DNA of 64,000 nt from Bugula neritina (GCA_964035545.1 OZ037771.1:3235628-3299627), one strand, 5' to 3'. Counted from the first letter of the stretch, positions 1 through 43,427 are shown. The notes: generated by a model from the sequence alone, not told the origin. Numbers and translations: made by a program.

Positions 1-101
1 TATTAAAGTACATAACTTGGTGTACGTATATTAAAGTACGTAACTTGGTGTACATATATTAAGGTACGTAACTTGGTGTACGTATATTAAGGTACGTAAC
101 T
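1..101. repeat. 28-bp tandem minisatellite (TATTAAAGTACGTAACTTGGTGTACGTA, ~3.6 copies), intronic
   Basis: Direct reading of the repeated unit at the window start. Confidence 0.85.
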
Positions 102-262
102 AGATGTAAGTGAGTAGACCAACTTATATGTGAACCATGTTACTCTAGGAGAATGACTGAGAAGGTAACATTAAGTTAGAACAATATTTAAAGTCAACTT
201 AGTGAACATGTCGTGTGCTTCAATACTCTAAATAGAAACAAAAATAAAATGAGAAAACTTAC

Positions 263-2940
263 AATAGACTTGGTCTTCTCGGGACGAGCAGCAATTGGGG
301 GTGGCGCGTCATCAGCCCCGTTATCAGTGCTCCTCTAAAATAACAAAAATGGCTGCTGACTTCAGCTGACACGCTGAGGCAAAGGAGGAAGCAGTTGTTT
401 CACAAACAGGAAATGAAGAGAACAGGAAATGGCTGCTTACCGGAGTTAAGGTTATCGATTGTTGAAATTGGTCGGTTAAATTGTGAGGCTTGTGAAAAGT
501 TGGACCTATTAAACATCACGACAGTGCAATTATCAGAAAACATATTATAAAGATGTAAGCATTGAACATATTGCATAACAGAGCATGCATCAGAGTATCA
601 TATATTATGTAATACTTCATAGCTATACTGATCACATTGTTATATATTGATGTTACTATGAATAGTAAATAATAGACAAGCTGACAAAAATAGAGAATAT
701 AATTAGACTAGTGCTGTGACACAGTAAAACTAGGGCTTCAGTTGAAGGCAGCTATTAAGTCAAGTTGTCAATAAAAGTAAAGAAACTTACAATTTTGAAA
801 TACATTTAAAAATCTGCTAGCATTGTGTAGGTACAGCATATGAAAGTATTGCCCCATCAATAGTCAACATATGACATAACGACATGACCAAGTGTTAGTT
901 TTGAATCCCACCTTTGACCATAAATTATCAGCCGAGATAAATCATGGCAAACTGAACAGATGAATTATCAAACAGCTTCCAGTTGACTCACGGCCATGTT
1001 TAGTTATAAATTACCAGAAAATATTTGCTTTGAAGAGCCTTTTGATGAGAATGAATGAGTCACACAGGGACTAACTATACAAGACAGGCTCAATGGAGTG
1101 TGTAAAGAACTCAACACACCTGCTTTGTAGTTGGTCATGTATTTCGTAGTCTGAGCCTGTTTACTGCTCCTGTCGTAGAATCTGAGCACATCCAACACGG
1201 CTTGCGGGTTCTTCTTCTGCTCAAACTTTGATATATTTGACCATTGGAGTAACTTGGCCCAAGACTCGGGCATTCCCTGCAGAAGTGGTAGAAGTAGTAA
1301 TAGTAGTAGTAGTAGCAGCAGCAGCAGTGGTAGCAGCAGTGGTAGTAGTAGTAGTAGTACTAGTACTAGTAGTAGTAGCAGTAGGAGTGGTAGTAGCAGT
1401 AGTAAAGATAGCAACAACAGTTACATTGGCACAAACTTTATTTTCACTAATAACCAGTTAACTTTGCAATGACAAGTAGTGCCTTAGTTGTTCCATTATT
1501 TTTTACTTGATGCAATCCATGTATTTGTTAAGTTAAAAGTGAAGCACCAGGTTAGCGATACTTACCGTAAACTCCCCTGTCGTTGGATCAAAGCCAACAT
1601 GCACCGTGTGTTCAAAGTTAGATGGTTCAGATATCACAGGTTTTTCCACCTTCTTTTGGCCTCCTGCATAGAGAGAAGAGTGAAGTCACATGACAAGCAC
1701 ATGACAAGCACCTGACAAACACCTAGTAGTATAAACAGTTGACATGATGCAGAGCCTAGAGTCAGTATCTGACCAAACCTTTAGCCTGCTTCTGTTTCTT
1801 CACCTTCTTTTCTTCATACTCCGGCTCTCGGGGAAGAGGTTTCTGGTCTACTGGTATCGGCTCCCTAGCGAGGAGAAAGAGTGAGAATATACAAGAAGGA
1901 AACAGCTGCACAACGACAGCAGTTTGTCAGCAACCTACCAGTTGTGCACCAGTTAGTAATTCATAATAATTCTACTCAATGGAAGTTTTGTTGAATATTC
2001 AATGATTGAGTTGATTAAATTTATTGAAACATAAATCCTCAAATAACTGATTTTATTTCAAACTTTTTAAAAGAAAATATAACTGCACTGCCGAATTGAT
2101 AGCTGAATCACTCTGTAGTGTGAACAGTCAATACTAGTGTGAACAGTCAATACCAGTGTGAACAGTCAATACTAGTGTGAACAGGCAATACCAATGCTTA
2201 CAAACAATCGCAAGTTACTTGATAAGACAGATCTTACATCAAGTGAAGCAGAGGATGAAATTGAACTTAGAAGACATTCTTTAGGACTACATAAGTTGAC
2301 CTGACATATCAGGTTCCATGTAATAAAATATAAAATTTAATTAGAAACATGGGCAATGCACACTAAAACATGCAGAATGCAGTTGGACATTGAAACCTGA
2401 TGACAAGAGAGTAGAAACAACGAGGAAGTGGCAGTGAGCCTAGACTAGATTACGTAATGATAAGGTATTGTAAACAGCAATGAAAGCTGAATACAGTCAT
2501 CTATTATATCTATTGTAAGAGTGTAAGGACTGCCTGTGTAATAGTGTAACATCTTATCACCTGATTAGTTCCACCTGCGCAAGTATGAGTCATGCTTTGA
2601 ATAACTACATGAGTCATCCCTTTCAGGGCTGATTAAATGTGAGTCCACGTCATCAATAGAGTATAAACACAGAAAAAGGGAAGATGTCTTAACATTATTT
2701 ATTGACTGTGAAAAGGCAAAACTACATCCTTTTTAAAATAAACTATTATTTATGCTACAAAAAATAAAATGGATGCTGTTGATGGCGCGGCATTAGACTG
2801 AAATTTCCTAATTCAAACTATTATTTATATCTATCTGAACACTAAATCATCAACAACAAGCTACGTTTAGTTTATTCTGATAAGTTATATATATATACGT
2901 TATATATATATACGCTATATATATACGCTATATATATACG

Positions 2941-2977
<37 letters not shown>

Positions 2978-3290
2978 ACACAAGTATTAAGTAATATAAA
3001 ATTAGATTAAATTACCAAAATATACCCTCACATGGTCAAATTAATGAACAACAAAACAAATCATGCCTTCTCTCTCAACAAGCCATGGTAAAGCCTGCAT
3101 TCCGAGTTATATTATAAAGACCCGCCTCACCACCAAAACTCAGTATGCATAATTTAACTCTTAAACTGTAGTAAAATATATTCTGTGCAGAAAGATGAAT
3201 ACAGACAGCTACATCATCTATAACATACCTGACTGTACTGGTTAACCTCACAGGTGGTGCAGGGGGAGTTTCACCATATTGGTCTCCCAT
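263..3290 (-). CDS. PAK1: Group I p21-activated kinase (PAK1/PAK3-like), N-terminal exons only; gene continues past the left edge
   Basis: Six phase-consistent GT-AG exons: 3290-3229 ([21 protein letters not shown], Nck-binding PxxP), 1864-1779 ([17 protein letters not shown]), 1663-1566 (CRIB: [23 protein letters not shown]), 1276-1120 (autoinhibitory [34 protein letters not shown]), 505-441, 334-263 (PIX-binding [14 protein letters not shown]). The kinase domain is not in the window. Confidence 0.93.
1287..1410. repeat. (AGT/AGC)n imperfect trinucleotide repeat in a PAK intron
   Basis: Direct reading; it generates the poly-Leu/Ser/Val ORFs in the track. Confidence 0.9.
2117..2192. repeat. 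19-bp tandem repeat x4 (AGTGTGAACAGTCAATACT)
   Basis: Direct reading. Confidence 0.85.
2886..2974. repeat. (TA)n microsatellite with CG interruptions
   Basis: Direct reading. Confidence 0.9.
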
Positions 3291-6200
3291 GTCAAGAAAT
3301 CTAGCAGTGACGTATCTCTATTAATGTGATCTCAGTTCACTCATGTATTAGACATCAATACACGCCCATCAACTAACAGCCCTGAATATATAAATATAAG
3401 GTTTAGTTAAAAACAGGTTTTACAGTGTACAGCAAGGAAGTTACATGAGAATAGAAAAAAGTTAGAATAGAAAAGGAACAAAAGATCAAATTATTTATCG
3501 ACACTCATGCCATCTCAAAAAGCCCACCTTCACAGTATAACTTGATTGAGTGTAAATAATATTGTACAAATTGTTGCTTTACCTTTCGCTAACTTTATAG
3601 CCAAAATTTTGAAGAGGTACACCATATCTAGGCCTATTATCTAATGTGTTTGCTGACTATTTTCAGTTTTTGGAACAAAGCTTTTTTTTTCTATTTAATG
3701 TACTGAAAATGATCAGCAAGACTCAAGCATTGCAGGGTACGATTAAGATTGAAGAGAATCAAACACATATTAAATGTTCTTGCAACAAAATAATCTAACT
3801 GTTAATCTATTTGATATTCATACTTATGCCTATGGTTTAGTAATATTTAACCTTAATTTAAATTATTCCTACTGACTATGACAACAATGATTATTAGTAA
3901 TAATTTAAATTGAGGGGTATGATGGCTATTGTCTTACAGAAAATAATTTAACCCCAGTTTAAGTTCAATTAAATTTAAGAATGAATAATCTAAAACTACA
4001 AGACTCTGCAAGACTCCATGAGAGACTACGATAAAAACTATTTAATTAAAACTTGAATTAAAATTTTAACTATATCAGAATTCTCACATCAAATTTAATT
4101 AATGGCTTTGATTTTTACATTAAAAAGTTATGGTAACCGTAATCCGTTGCTGTTGGACTTGGGGAATTTGATTGTAGCTATCAAGTGTAAACTGTTTAGA
4201 CAGTAAACCACAATTACCCAGAGTAAGTGTTTTCATTTACCCTTAGACTTATACTTATGGTTATACTGAGCATAATACTAATACTAATAGTATTAGTATT
4301 ACTCTATTAGTAATACTCTACTCATAGTCATACTGACCGTAAGTTCAACTCCAAGTTGACTACAAGTACAACTACAAGGTCAAGTGCATGATGATGATCA
4401 TGGTTATACTGGTGATACTGATGGTGACCGGGATAAGATGATCATGATGAGGTACCTACCTGTGCTGATAGAGCTGTGCCTGTAGCCGTAAGGCCGCTGT
4501 CACTATAACTAACGGTAAGTTACTGAGTAACTACCAGTACTCCAGTAGTAATAGTTGCACTTGTAGATTAATTTCAAGTAGTAGTACTCCAGACCCGGTA
4601 AACGTAGTATAAGTATGCAGTAGACGTAGCGGTAGTACTGCACTAATAGTAGTACAGTGTGAGTACTAGTGTCTAGTATTACTATAAGTTCAACTAATAG
4701 TTGTACTACTCGAACTCTAACTTTCAAGGTTGCCCACCACAGGCACAGGTACTGGTAGCCTAGCTGTACTTGTAGGACTAGGAGTCACAATCAAAGTAAG
4801 AGTCAGTGCCGTCGTAAATTACTGTTGAAGTGAGAAAAATTGATATTGCAGATGTTAGACTCGCAATCATAGAAAATGTAAAAAGCAGTTTCAGTTTGAT
4901 TGCTGTTGGTGATTGATGGTTTGATTCACCTGTTATCAACTGGAAAGCTAACCGGAAACTTTTTCTTTACTTTGTAGACCTAGTGTTATTGTGGTTTGCT
5001 AAACGTGTGTCGAGCTCACAGCGTCGCGTCATATTGATTCATATTTTGCATCATTTAAAACACAGGCTTTACAATAAAAGTTATCCTCCCTTGGAGAAAT
5101 TATACAAGTATGAAAAGACAACTCTTATCAACTCATATTCCGCTTGTAGGTACATAGGAAAATATTATTGCTCCATATAATCTGACTATTTTTCATTTTT
5201 TTAAATTCACTCATCATAACTGTAAAATTTGATAGGACATTCATTAATTGAGGTAACAATTAAAACAATACGTACATAATGTATCACATACATATAATAT
5301 AACATGTACATATAAAATGTTATTTATGCGTAAGAATTTATGTTTCACACTGGCACTATAACATACCACAAACACGTTAGAAAAGCACAGTAAAATGTCA
5401 AATTCATACATATTAATAAACTAAAATTAAAGTCTTAAGAGTTAAAATATTACATAAAACATTTATACTTCCAGTAATACAAAAAAGCCTGCAATTTTCT
5501 CAATTGTAATAGACATTAGACCTTAGTAAAAACCCAATAACTAGATACATATGTGCATAATATATGATTTAATTACCTGTCGTTTTATATATCCAGTATA
5601 TATGATATAATGCATTATAAAAATTAAAGAGATATTTGAGTTTACAGCTAATTAAATTATAATTAAATTGTGTCATTGTAAGAATTTTTATTATGCCCAG
5701 CCAACAGAATATTAGTAAAAGAGTGTTACAATGAAGCTGAGGTCATATGTTCCAGGTATCACAAGAGAAATCAAGCAAACCGAAATGTTTACTCAATAAT
5801 AATATTTTGATAGGGCGAGCTGTCATCATTTTCCTGTTTAGGCTGAAAGATCCAAGAGTTTTCATAATCATGATCTTCTGGGGTAGTCTTGCTTATATTT
5901 TTATATCTGCGACCTTCATACATTCGTACCTGACCGTCCACAGCAACCTGTTTTCAAAGGAATAGAATCCCCATGTATTGTTTAAAATAGGAGAGCGAAA
6001 TGCTGATTCTTTCACCAATTGTGTTTATTTTCTACTAAATGTTATACTAGCTTTAACTTTAACTTAGCAAGAAATATATTATTTACAAAATTATAAAGTT
6101 CTATTTTACAAGATAAAATTTCATCTTTAATAAATCTTTGAATTATTTAGCAATCTTATTGAGCAATCTTATGTAATAAATTTCTTTATAGGCTATAAAG

Positions 6201-7157
6201 TTATTTCATTAAACTGTTATATAATTGTGACATTTGCAGAGGCTATAGAACAAATATAAAAGTATGAGATTGAGTATGAGATTGAGTATATAAGAGTGAC
6301 TATAAGAAGGGGGTATCAAATCTAATCTATAATCAACAGTTTCTAAATAGAAGACAAAAGACACGGACTAAGTTTTGCAGCACTTGGACATATAAACAAA
6401 ACACAGAACATGGAGAGCCATTCCCACCTGAATAGATACAAGTATATGTTACAGATAAACATGTATTTACTATGTTATACACATGTATGCTATCTATGCA
6501 TTTTTAATTAATATTATAGCTGATTAAGCAATATGTTTTAATCATATGCAACTATTTTATGCTGCTCAAGCAAGCATCACATTTTGTGCGTTTAAGATAT
6601 TTGTAGCCAGTCAAGTACATTTGGTCACATGTCGCGTTAAGTTCTAAATTTTATTTACTACTAGACAAGCTGTGACATAAGCTTACAAACCCAGTTTATT
6701 CGTCAAGTGAAGTCTACAATATGAAATCATATAACTGCAGTTTGACATTATCGTGGAGAAAAGATAATAAGGTTACACAATATACCAGTTGTGTCTGTCA
6801 TAAGTTGCTGTAATATTGGGAAACTAGATACCTAATTAATAATATACTATATCTTAATAATTATTAAATTAAATAAATATTAACTGAAAAGTTGTTTTTT
6901 TGACTTAGATATATCTAGTAGTTATGTGTATACTTTAAATTCACAGAGTCGTTTAAAGAAAAAAAAATTTAAGTGCTGTTTGCTATATGCTATGAAAAAG
7001 TGGTTCGGCAAACTTCTGAAGACTACACTTCATTATGCACAACAACAATCACAAAAGAATTGTATTAGAAATAACGTTATACTCATTTTAAATCATACAG
7101 GCAAAATAAAACACGCTAATTCTTACACATTGCATTCTACAGAGTTCCTAATACCAC

Positions 7158-35263
<28,106 letters not shown>

Positions 35264-37625
35264 TTTTTGATAGATTAGTGATGCGTGCGAAGTAGGATGG
35301 AATGGAAGCCTCTTAACTAAGTCATACTAGAGATCATACTTCTTCTTCAAATTCTGAAAATAACGCAACGAGCATATCTCTGAGATTCACTGCATTATGA
35401 TAACCAACTAGTTGTCGCTTGTTGTCAGCCGACTGAAAAATAGCCTAGACTTGGGGGTAAACACTACTGTTCATATTCGAAGATGACTGAATAAATGACT
35501 TACTGCAGCCAAAGGTCATAGTTTCAAATAAGAAAATTCACTCTCTGCAGTAAACTATAAGTAATAAGTAACTTACAATTATAAGCATATTTTACTGCAT
35601 TAATCAACATTTTAGCAGTAAATTATATAAATTTCATCTGTTCATCTTTATCTTAGTGTTACTGATGAGTAATAACATCAATTCATAAGTACAAGTAGCG
35701 TAAGTATAAGTAGAAGTGTAACAGACTAAGGCAGTATGATGTATGATGTAGTAAGTAATAGACATGAAATCTGTAGATCTGGTAACATCCATCTACCAAC
35801 TCTAAACACTGCTCCAAACCAATTCAACTGATTCTACTAAACCTTTAGTAACTAAAGTATTCAAACGTTGGTAAACAGTTTCCATGTCCTTACCCAGTTA
35901 CAGCTTTTACAAGTTCATATTATCCGTCATGTAGTAATGCTATTCATGAATACGTAGATGAATACAAGTAGGAGTAAGCACATAAAATGACACACGGAGT
36001 GAGAACAAATTCACAGTTATGAATGGCTGCTTCCTCAACTGAATCCTCACTTCAACAGTCATGAGACAAGCATTTCTCTGATCAAGTCAAACAGACGTAA
36101 CCCGTTGCTATGGAAACTAATCTAATGACAAATTAGTACTTGATTTATATAATCGCATAGTTTTATAAAACTAGAGACTTTCTGCGACCTGAATTGTAGT
36201 GCAACAAGATATTGGCGTGATAGTGTCGGATACAGGTGTTAGTTTCATGATGCCTGGAGGATGTACTCAAAATCCAGAGCTGACAATAGTTGGCAGCTGT
36301 TAAAGGAGTAGTCCTAACTGTATCACGGATATATTTTTGAAGTTTTATAAGAATGAAGGTTATATAAAATATTTTGTCCTGCCCCAATCTGGACTAGCCA
36401 GTATGTGATTGATATAGAATAACGTTGCAATAACTTATGGAACAACATATAATAAACATAAACACTAGTCATTTACCACACTCCGGGGAGGGAGGGAAAC
36501 AATTAAAACTTGGTCACTTGTGTAGCTTAATAAAAATTCCTTTTTAGGCTAACGATTCAATAACTTATTTAACATAAAGAATACAGAGTATGAGCTTCAA
36601 AAGTGCAATAAAAACATTAAAGAGAAATGTTGGGCATAGAAAAAATTTTAAGCAGTTTATGAAATACCCAAATAGTAAGTTTAGTGCAAAATAATTGTTT
36701 TTAGTAATTATAATCTGAAGTAACTACAGCCAAAACAGTACATACATATTAGCTCATCAAACCATAATTATAGCTACATGATAAACAGCATAGCTATCAC
36801 CACAGTTTAAACAAGTGAGATATAGTCAAAACATGTCTCACTATTATATGGGAGGGGGGGGGGCTAAAGGTGCTCCACAATTTTGACTTTTGGGTTAGAC
36901 ACACACTATTATCATTTATCAAGCTATTAATTTCTGCATGCAATTAGTCTGTAACCATCTCTCTTTCATAACGCACTCTTTATATGCCCTTAAATACCTC
37001 ACCTTTACAACAAAAGGTTATACTATTGCACCATAACTGTTTTGCTTTGTAGTTGTGCTCCCTCTGCATAGAAGGGGAAGCAACTACTTAGTACAATTGA
37101 TGCACCTTCCAATACCCATCTACTTCATGATGCTGATTACAACCTGCAACTGTTTTTTGCAGAAAGAGTTTTTAGCCTGTAAACTTTCACATTTGTTAAA
37201 GTTGATCAACAAACTTCATCTATGCTTAAAGTTATATTCGTTGAAACGTTTTTCTAATCTAAAAGTTGGCTCAGACATCTGGCACAGTTCTCATAAAACA
37301 GTGGTGGATGTAGTTATTTCATCATGCAACCATAAACAAGATATAACTGCATGCCTACCGCTACACACATATCTAATTGAACCATACAACTAAGATATGA
37401 ACTATCAATTGTAATATAGCATACAAGTATATTATATATCACCTCTAGTCTTCTATAATACAAGTAACTATTTTTATCATGCATCTTGTAAAAAAAAACT
37501 ATAAGTGCTAACTAGGATATTGTGCATTATTTCACCCCCTTCCTCTCCACCCCAGTTACTTACCCGTCATACTTCTAAAGAAGAAACAGCTAAACACTTG
37601 ACATCTAACTCTCAACAGATACACA

Positions 37626-38960
37626 ATGAACTGTTTACTTCTCATCACTGCAGCTGGTAAACTACTTTTATTCTAATAAATTAATATTTCTGGTCACTTT
37701 TTAAAAGCTTTAGGTTGTATCAAGTTTTGTAACTTGGTCTGTTATTGTAACATATTATATTAAAAGTAATAAAAAAAACTACAGACCAGTAATATAGTGA
37801 TGAATGTTTGGAGAAAATATGTTTAAACATGTCTAGCAGAGCCTTAACTTTTTATCTGAATTTTTATTATTTTACACAAAGACTATATAAGAATAGTTTT
37901 TATTTGAAAAATGAAAGTGTTCTTTTAAAATTGCAGGTCTGTTTATTGGCCAGAGTTTAGCCAAAGACTGTAACCTCATCTGTGCAGCTGTGTATGACCC
38001 AGTTTGTGGATCTGATGGCAATACTTACTGTGAGTATATGACAAACACAGTATAAGTATTGTTGACAAGAAATTGTACGTGTGTACAAAAAATAATAATT
38101 AACTCACCAAAACCCACAATATATTTGACTAGCATTTTGCCTCCAAGTCAATTTAGTAAATTGTTATTACCAGCATTCTAGACCCTGTGTATGAAAAAAC
38201 TTATCTCAAATTATTTTATCGAAATATTTTAAAAGCAAGTAATTTTCAATCAGTTTTCAAGATATATTATAGTTCTTAAAATGTCAAAATTTGCAACAAA
38301 GTTACTTGAACAAACCAACACTTCTAAGTATAAAGTTATATAGAAAGAAATATTGATCTTTTAGCAAACCAGTGTGTTCTGGGAGGAGCTACTTGTAAAG
38401 ACAGCAGCGTCACCCTGGCATATAAAGGTGCTTGTAGGAAACAACCAGCCAAAGATTGTCCTCAAGTATGTTTTGCTCTGTACTCACCTGTCTGTGGAAG
38501 TGATGGAAAAATATACGGTAAATTAAAACCATATTTTTACCATTTTATGTTTTTCTTGAAGCACTCAACTTTCAACAACTGTCTTTAAAATATTCTGCTA
38601 CATCCCATTTTAAATAATAGACATTTTTTGGTAGAATATTTATTTCTCAAAGTCATTTTAAGATACTAAGTTTAATGAATTTATCCAGCAGCAAAAGTAT
38701 GTAAGCTGAGTGCGGTTTTCTTTGTAAGATACTATCATAGAAGTTACTTACTCTTATAGGCAACAGATGCCAGATGAGTGTGGCTAGCTGTAACAGTGGT
38801 AAGGAAATAACTGCCACCAAGTTAAGCAGATGTTCTTCAAGTTCTAACATTGCGACTCGATCAGTTAAGAAATCTTGTCCTACGATCTGTACTGCTAACT
38901 ACACACCAGTTTGTGGCAGCAACGGGAAGACTTACAGTAAGTCTGTAGTAACTTACCTCT

Positions 38961-39029
<69 letters not shown>

Positions 39030-39195
39030 CTAAAAATTGCTCAATAAATAATTTTCTTTATGCAACATCAATCATCCCTTTATTATCAAACTTTACTTGC
39101 ATTCTTGATATTTTCCAGGTAACGCATGCCATCTTATCGTGCATAACTGTCTTGGCAAAAAGAAAGTGACCATCAAGTCAAGAGGAAGATGTTAA
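37626..39195 (+). CDS. Secreted Kazal-type serine protease inhibitor 1 (3 Kazal domains)
   Basis: Exons 37626-37656, 37937-38029, 38365-38517, 38760-38936, 39119-39195. Signal MNCLLLITAAGLFIGQSLA; CxxxCxxxYxPVCGSDGxTYxNxC motifs; ends SRGRC-stop. Confidence 0.92.
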
Positions 39196-40200
39196 TTCAA
39201 CGTAGTTTCTACAGGACCTTCTCGTTGGATGAGACCAAAGTCACAAGAAAAAAATACTTCAGTTATCACAAATTTGACTAGCTTATGAAATAAATGTCAT
39301 GAAGGAAAATAAAACAAATATTCTTAATATAATATTATAATGTGTTTTTTCAATGTGTGTAATGTGCTATTACAGAGTACTCACAACAACCTGCAGTCTG
39401 CTGTCATATTAGATACACTCATCAGGGAGTGTCATGTCAATAAGTCATAGTGTAAGTTTATAATGTCTAGTTACCAGCCAACTAATCTTCAAGAAAACAG
39501 AATATCTTTACAGCTCTCATAGCTGCAGAGCTATACGTATTACCTAATAGAATTCACACAGGCTTTTTCTAACTTGAAATGAATGCATAATAAAAAAATA
39601 TGCACCTATATAAAAAGAAATACTTTGGACATGTAGAACCAACCAAGTTTACATATTCTATTTTCTTTATTTGGCACAATTATATTTCTATTACTGAATA
39701 ACTCAATTGAAAATTTTATTAGTCTATCAACTAACTTACGTCAAGCTAAGCATCTGGTGGAACTCACATAATAGCAGTGGTGGATTCAATTTCAACCCTT
39801 TTTCCAACATTCCTATCAAACTTACTCTAAAACTTATTGTAGATTACAATATAAAGACAAGTTGAGTTTAAATTTATGATAATCAGTTGGTATATTATTT
39901 CAATTATATTCAATATATTTCCTACAGCATCCTAGTGTTGAACACCCCCCCCCCCACCCTACTCTCTCATCCTCTGTCTTTTTTGCTTACTTTCCACTTT
40001 CCATAAATTGCATGCTAGACAATATTATATTCAACTTTTAGTCTTTTAATTATTTTAATCTTTTCAAGAAAAAGAAATTGTGTCAACTACTATTTTATAA
40101 GTTATCTCACCCCCTTTCTTTCCACCCCTGTTACTTACCCGTCATACTTGTAAAGAGGAAACAGCTAAACACTTGACATCTGACTCTCAACAGATACACA

Positions 40201-42552
40201 ATGAACTGTTTACTCTTCATCACTGCAACTGGTAAACTACTTCTATTCTAATAAACTATTAACCACCATTTTCTTTTGGAAAAGCTTTAAGTTGTATCAA
40301 CTTTTGTAGTTTAGCTTAAATTGTCATTACAGCCTACCATGTTAAAATAATAATATTAAAAAAACTACAGAGCAGCAATAGTGATGTATATTTTGAAAAA
40401 AACTTTCAAACATGTCTTTTAACAAAAATCTTAACAGGTTCTTTAATTATTTTTGTCTCAAACGTTTACTATTCTACAGAAAAGTTATATAAGAATATGC
40501 TTGCAGTCTATGTTCTCCAAATGATAGGGGTTCTTTGAATATTTCCAGGTCTGTTTATTGGCCAGAGTTTAGCCAAAGACTGTAACCTTATCTGTGCAGC
40601 TGTGTATGACCCAGTATGTGGATCTGATGGCAAGACTTACTGTGAGTATATAACATTATATAGATAACAACTATATATAATATAGATGACAACTATATAT
40701 AACATAGATAACAAACACAGTATAAGTATAGGTATTAAGCATAGGTATTGTGGCCAACAAGTATATAAATGTTTAAAAAATTAAAATAACTCCAGACTCT
40801 GTATAGTGTAAACAAACACATCGCAAACATTTTAACCAATATATTTTAAAGGCTAACAATTATCTTTTATCAGTTTTCAATATATATTATAGTTTTTAAA
40901 ATGTCAAAATTTGCAATAAAATTATCTGGACAAATCGACATTTTCAAATATTAAGGTGTACAAAAATAAATGTTAATCTCTTAGCTAACCAGTGTGCTCT
41001 TAGAGGAGCTACTTGTGAAGACAGCAGTATTACACTGGCATATGAAGGTGTCTGTAGGAAACAACCAGCCAAAGATTGTCCTCAAGCATGTTTTGATGTG
41101 TACACACCTGTCTGTGGAAGTGACGGGAAAACATATTGTAAGTGAGCATTATATTCTACTTTCACTAGAGTTTCTAAAAGTATCATTAATTTGAAAAAGT
41201 TAATTTTATGTGTGTCAGTGTTTTTCAAAGATCTTCAGCAAAATTATCAGCAATGGAATTGCCTGAACAAATTAACACTTTCAAATATGAAGCTATATAG
41301 AAATAAATTTTATCTTTTAGCTAACCAGTGTTACCTGGAAGTAGCTACTTGTAAAGACAGCAGTATCACGCTGACACATCAAGGTGCCTGTCGCAAACAA
41401 CCAGCCAAAGATTGTCCACAGGGATGTTTTGCTCTATACGCACCTGTCTGTGGAAGTGACGGAAAAATATACAGTAAGTTAGAATCATATTTTTATCATT
41501 TTATGTTTTTCTTGAAATATTCAATTTTATAAAAACTGTCATAAATGGAGTAGTCAGTCTAGATGTTAGAGTCTTGGCTTAGTAAACCCGAAGTCATGGG
41601 TTAGGATCCCAGTAAAGACTAGTGGTATTGTTTATAGGGAGAGCATCCAGTCATAATTGCTGTTATGCCACATAGATGAATAAGTTCTTAGTTCGCTTTA
41701 ACAACATTCTTTTCATCAGTGGGGGTGGATTCTTACAGAGGTAGTGACTATAAACTTTCGTGAATTTTTGTCTTAAAAATCTTCTTTATCGAAGTTAAAT
41801 TAATAATTATCTTTTGGCAAAATATATCTAGTAATGTCAAAGCCATTTTCTTCCAAAAAGTTGCATAAATTTATCCAACTATACACAGACTTTATTCAAC
41901 TACATATGAATACATTTTTTTATAAAATCATAGAAGTTACTTACTCTAGGCAACAGATGCCAGATGAGTGTGGCTAGCTGTAACAGTGGTAAGGAAATAA
42001 CTGCCACCAAGTTTAGCAGATGTTCTTCAAGTTCTAACATTGTGACTCGATCAGTTAAGAAATCTTGTCCCACGATCTGTACTGCTAACTACACACCAGT
42101 TTGTGGCAGCAACGGGAAGACTTACAGTAAGTCTGTAGTAACTTACTTCTACAATATATTAGTATCTGTCAAGTTGTACAGCATTTTATATAAGCTAAGA
42201 GTTCTGATAAGTGGGACTTTCTAAGATTGAGAATTAAACTTCAATATAATATATAGAATATTTAAATGTGAACAACTACACGTACTGCATAAATTTTCTA
42301 CATAAAGTGTTATATAGTACTGCTCTTCACATTGTCCCGAAGTAACTTGGTAAACAGTCATTGTTTATCACTAGCATTTTTTTGCTTTAAACTTCCTCAA
42401 TAAATATTTTGTTTTATGCAACATCAACTGTCCTTTTGTTATTAAACCTTTACTTGCATTCTTAATGTTTTCCAGGCAACTCATGTAAGCTGAGAGTATA
42501 TAACTGTCGTAACAACAAGAAGGTGTCCATCAAATCAAAAGGAAGATGTTAA
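40201..42552 (+). CDS. Secreted Kazal-type inhibitor 2 (4 Kazal domains)
   Basis: Exons 40201-40231, 40549-40641, 40985-41137, 41321-41473, 41950-42126, 42476-42552; same signal peptide and Kazal motifs as gene 1. Confidence 0.92.
41545..41770 (+). mobile_element. Degenerate tRNA-headed SINE-like insertion in a Kazal gene 2 intron
   Basis: A-box-like TAGTCAGTCTAGATGTTAG and B-box-like GGGTTAGGATCCC; the segment is absent from the paralogous intron of gene 1. Boundaries approximate. Confidence 0.45.
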
Positions 42553-43427
42553 TTCCACAGTTCCTACTGGACTGTTCCTAGGCCAGACCAAAGAAACAAG
42601 AAGAAAAATGCTTCAAATGTCAAAAAATTTGGCTAGTATATAAAATAAATGTATGACCAAGAATAAAACAAATATTCAAATATATTATTCAATGTGTGTA
42701 GTGTAATATAATAACTCAGAGTACTCACAACAACCTGTAGCCTGATGTCATATTAGATACACTCATCAGAGAGTGTCATGTCAATAAGTTAAAGCTTTAA
42801 AATAGTTTCAAGAATTGTATGTAAACCAAGGAACAAAATAGCTATCATATCATAGCTGTAGAGCTATACGTAATGCCTAATAGAACTGATACAGGCTTCT
42901 TTCATCTTGAAATGAATGCACAATTAATAAGGAAATAGCACCTATAAAAAAGAAATAATTTGGACATGTAGAACCAACCAAGTTTACATATTCCAACTTT
43001 TTCTATTTGACACATCCTATTCTTACTGAATAACTCCGTTGACAAAATGTAGTAATCTATCAATCAACTTGCGTCATACTAAACATCTGACGGAACTCAC
43101 ATGTAACAGTGGCGGATTCAACTATGCACCTTTTTACTTCAACCCTTCATTTAACATTTCTATAAAAATTAAATGCCATCAAAACTAGAATGCAACGGCA
43201 TATTGAGTTTAATTTTATGATAATGAAATGCATGGCGTATAATTGTGACATGTAACAAAATTTCTACAGCATCTCAGCATAAACCTCCTTACCCCCTTCC
43301 CTCACCCCCTCCCCTTACCCCCTCCCCCTCACTCACTCTTTCATCCTCTTGCTCTTTTGTTTACTTTCACTTTTCAATTATTTATCAGCTATAAAACATT
43401 AGGTGTGTGAAATTCAACAGATACACA

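Noticed and set aside
1004-1472. Poly-Leu, poly-Ser and poly-Val ORFs resembling signal peptides or TM segments
   Set aside because: Translations of an intronic AGT/AGC repeat; only 1276-1120 is a real PAK exon.
4270-4730. Dense short palindromes (ACTAGT, AGTACT, TAATAC/GTATTA) upstream of the PAK coding exons
   Set aside because: Low-complexity AGT/ACT-rich sequence; no terminal repeats, TSD or long stem could be defined.
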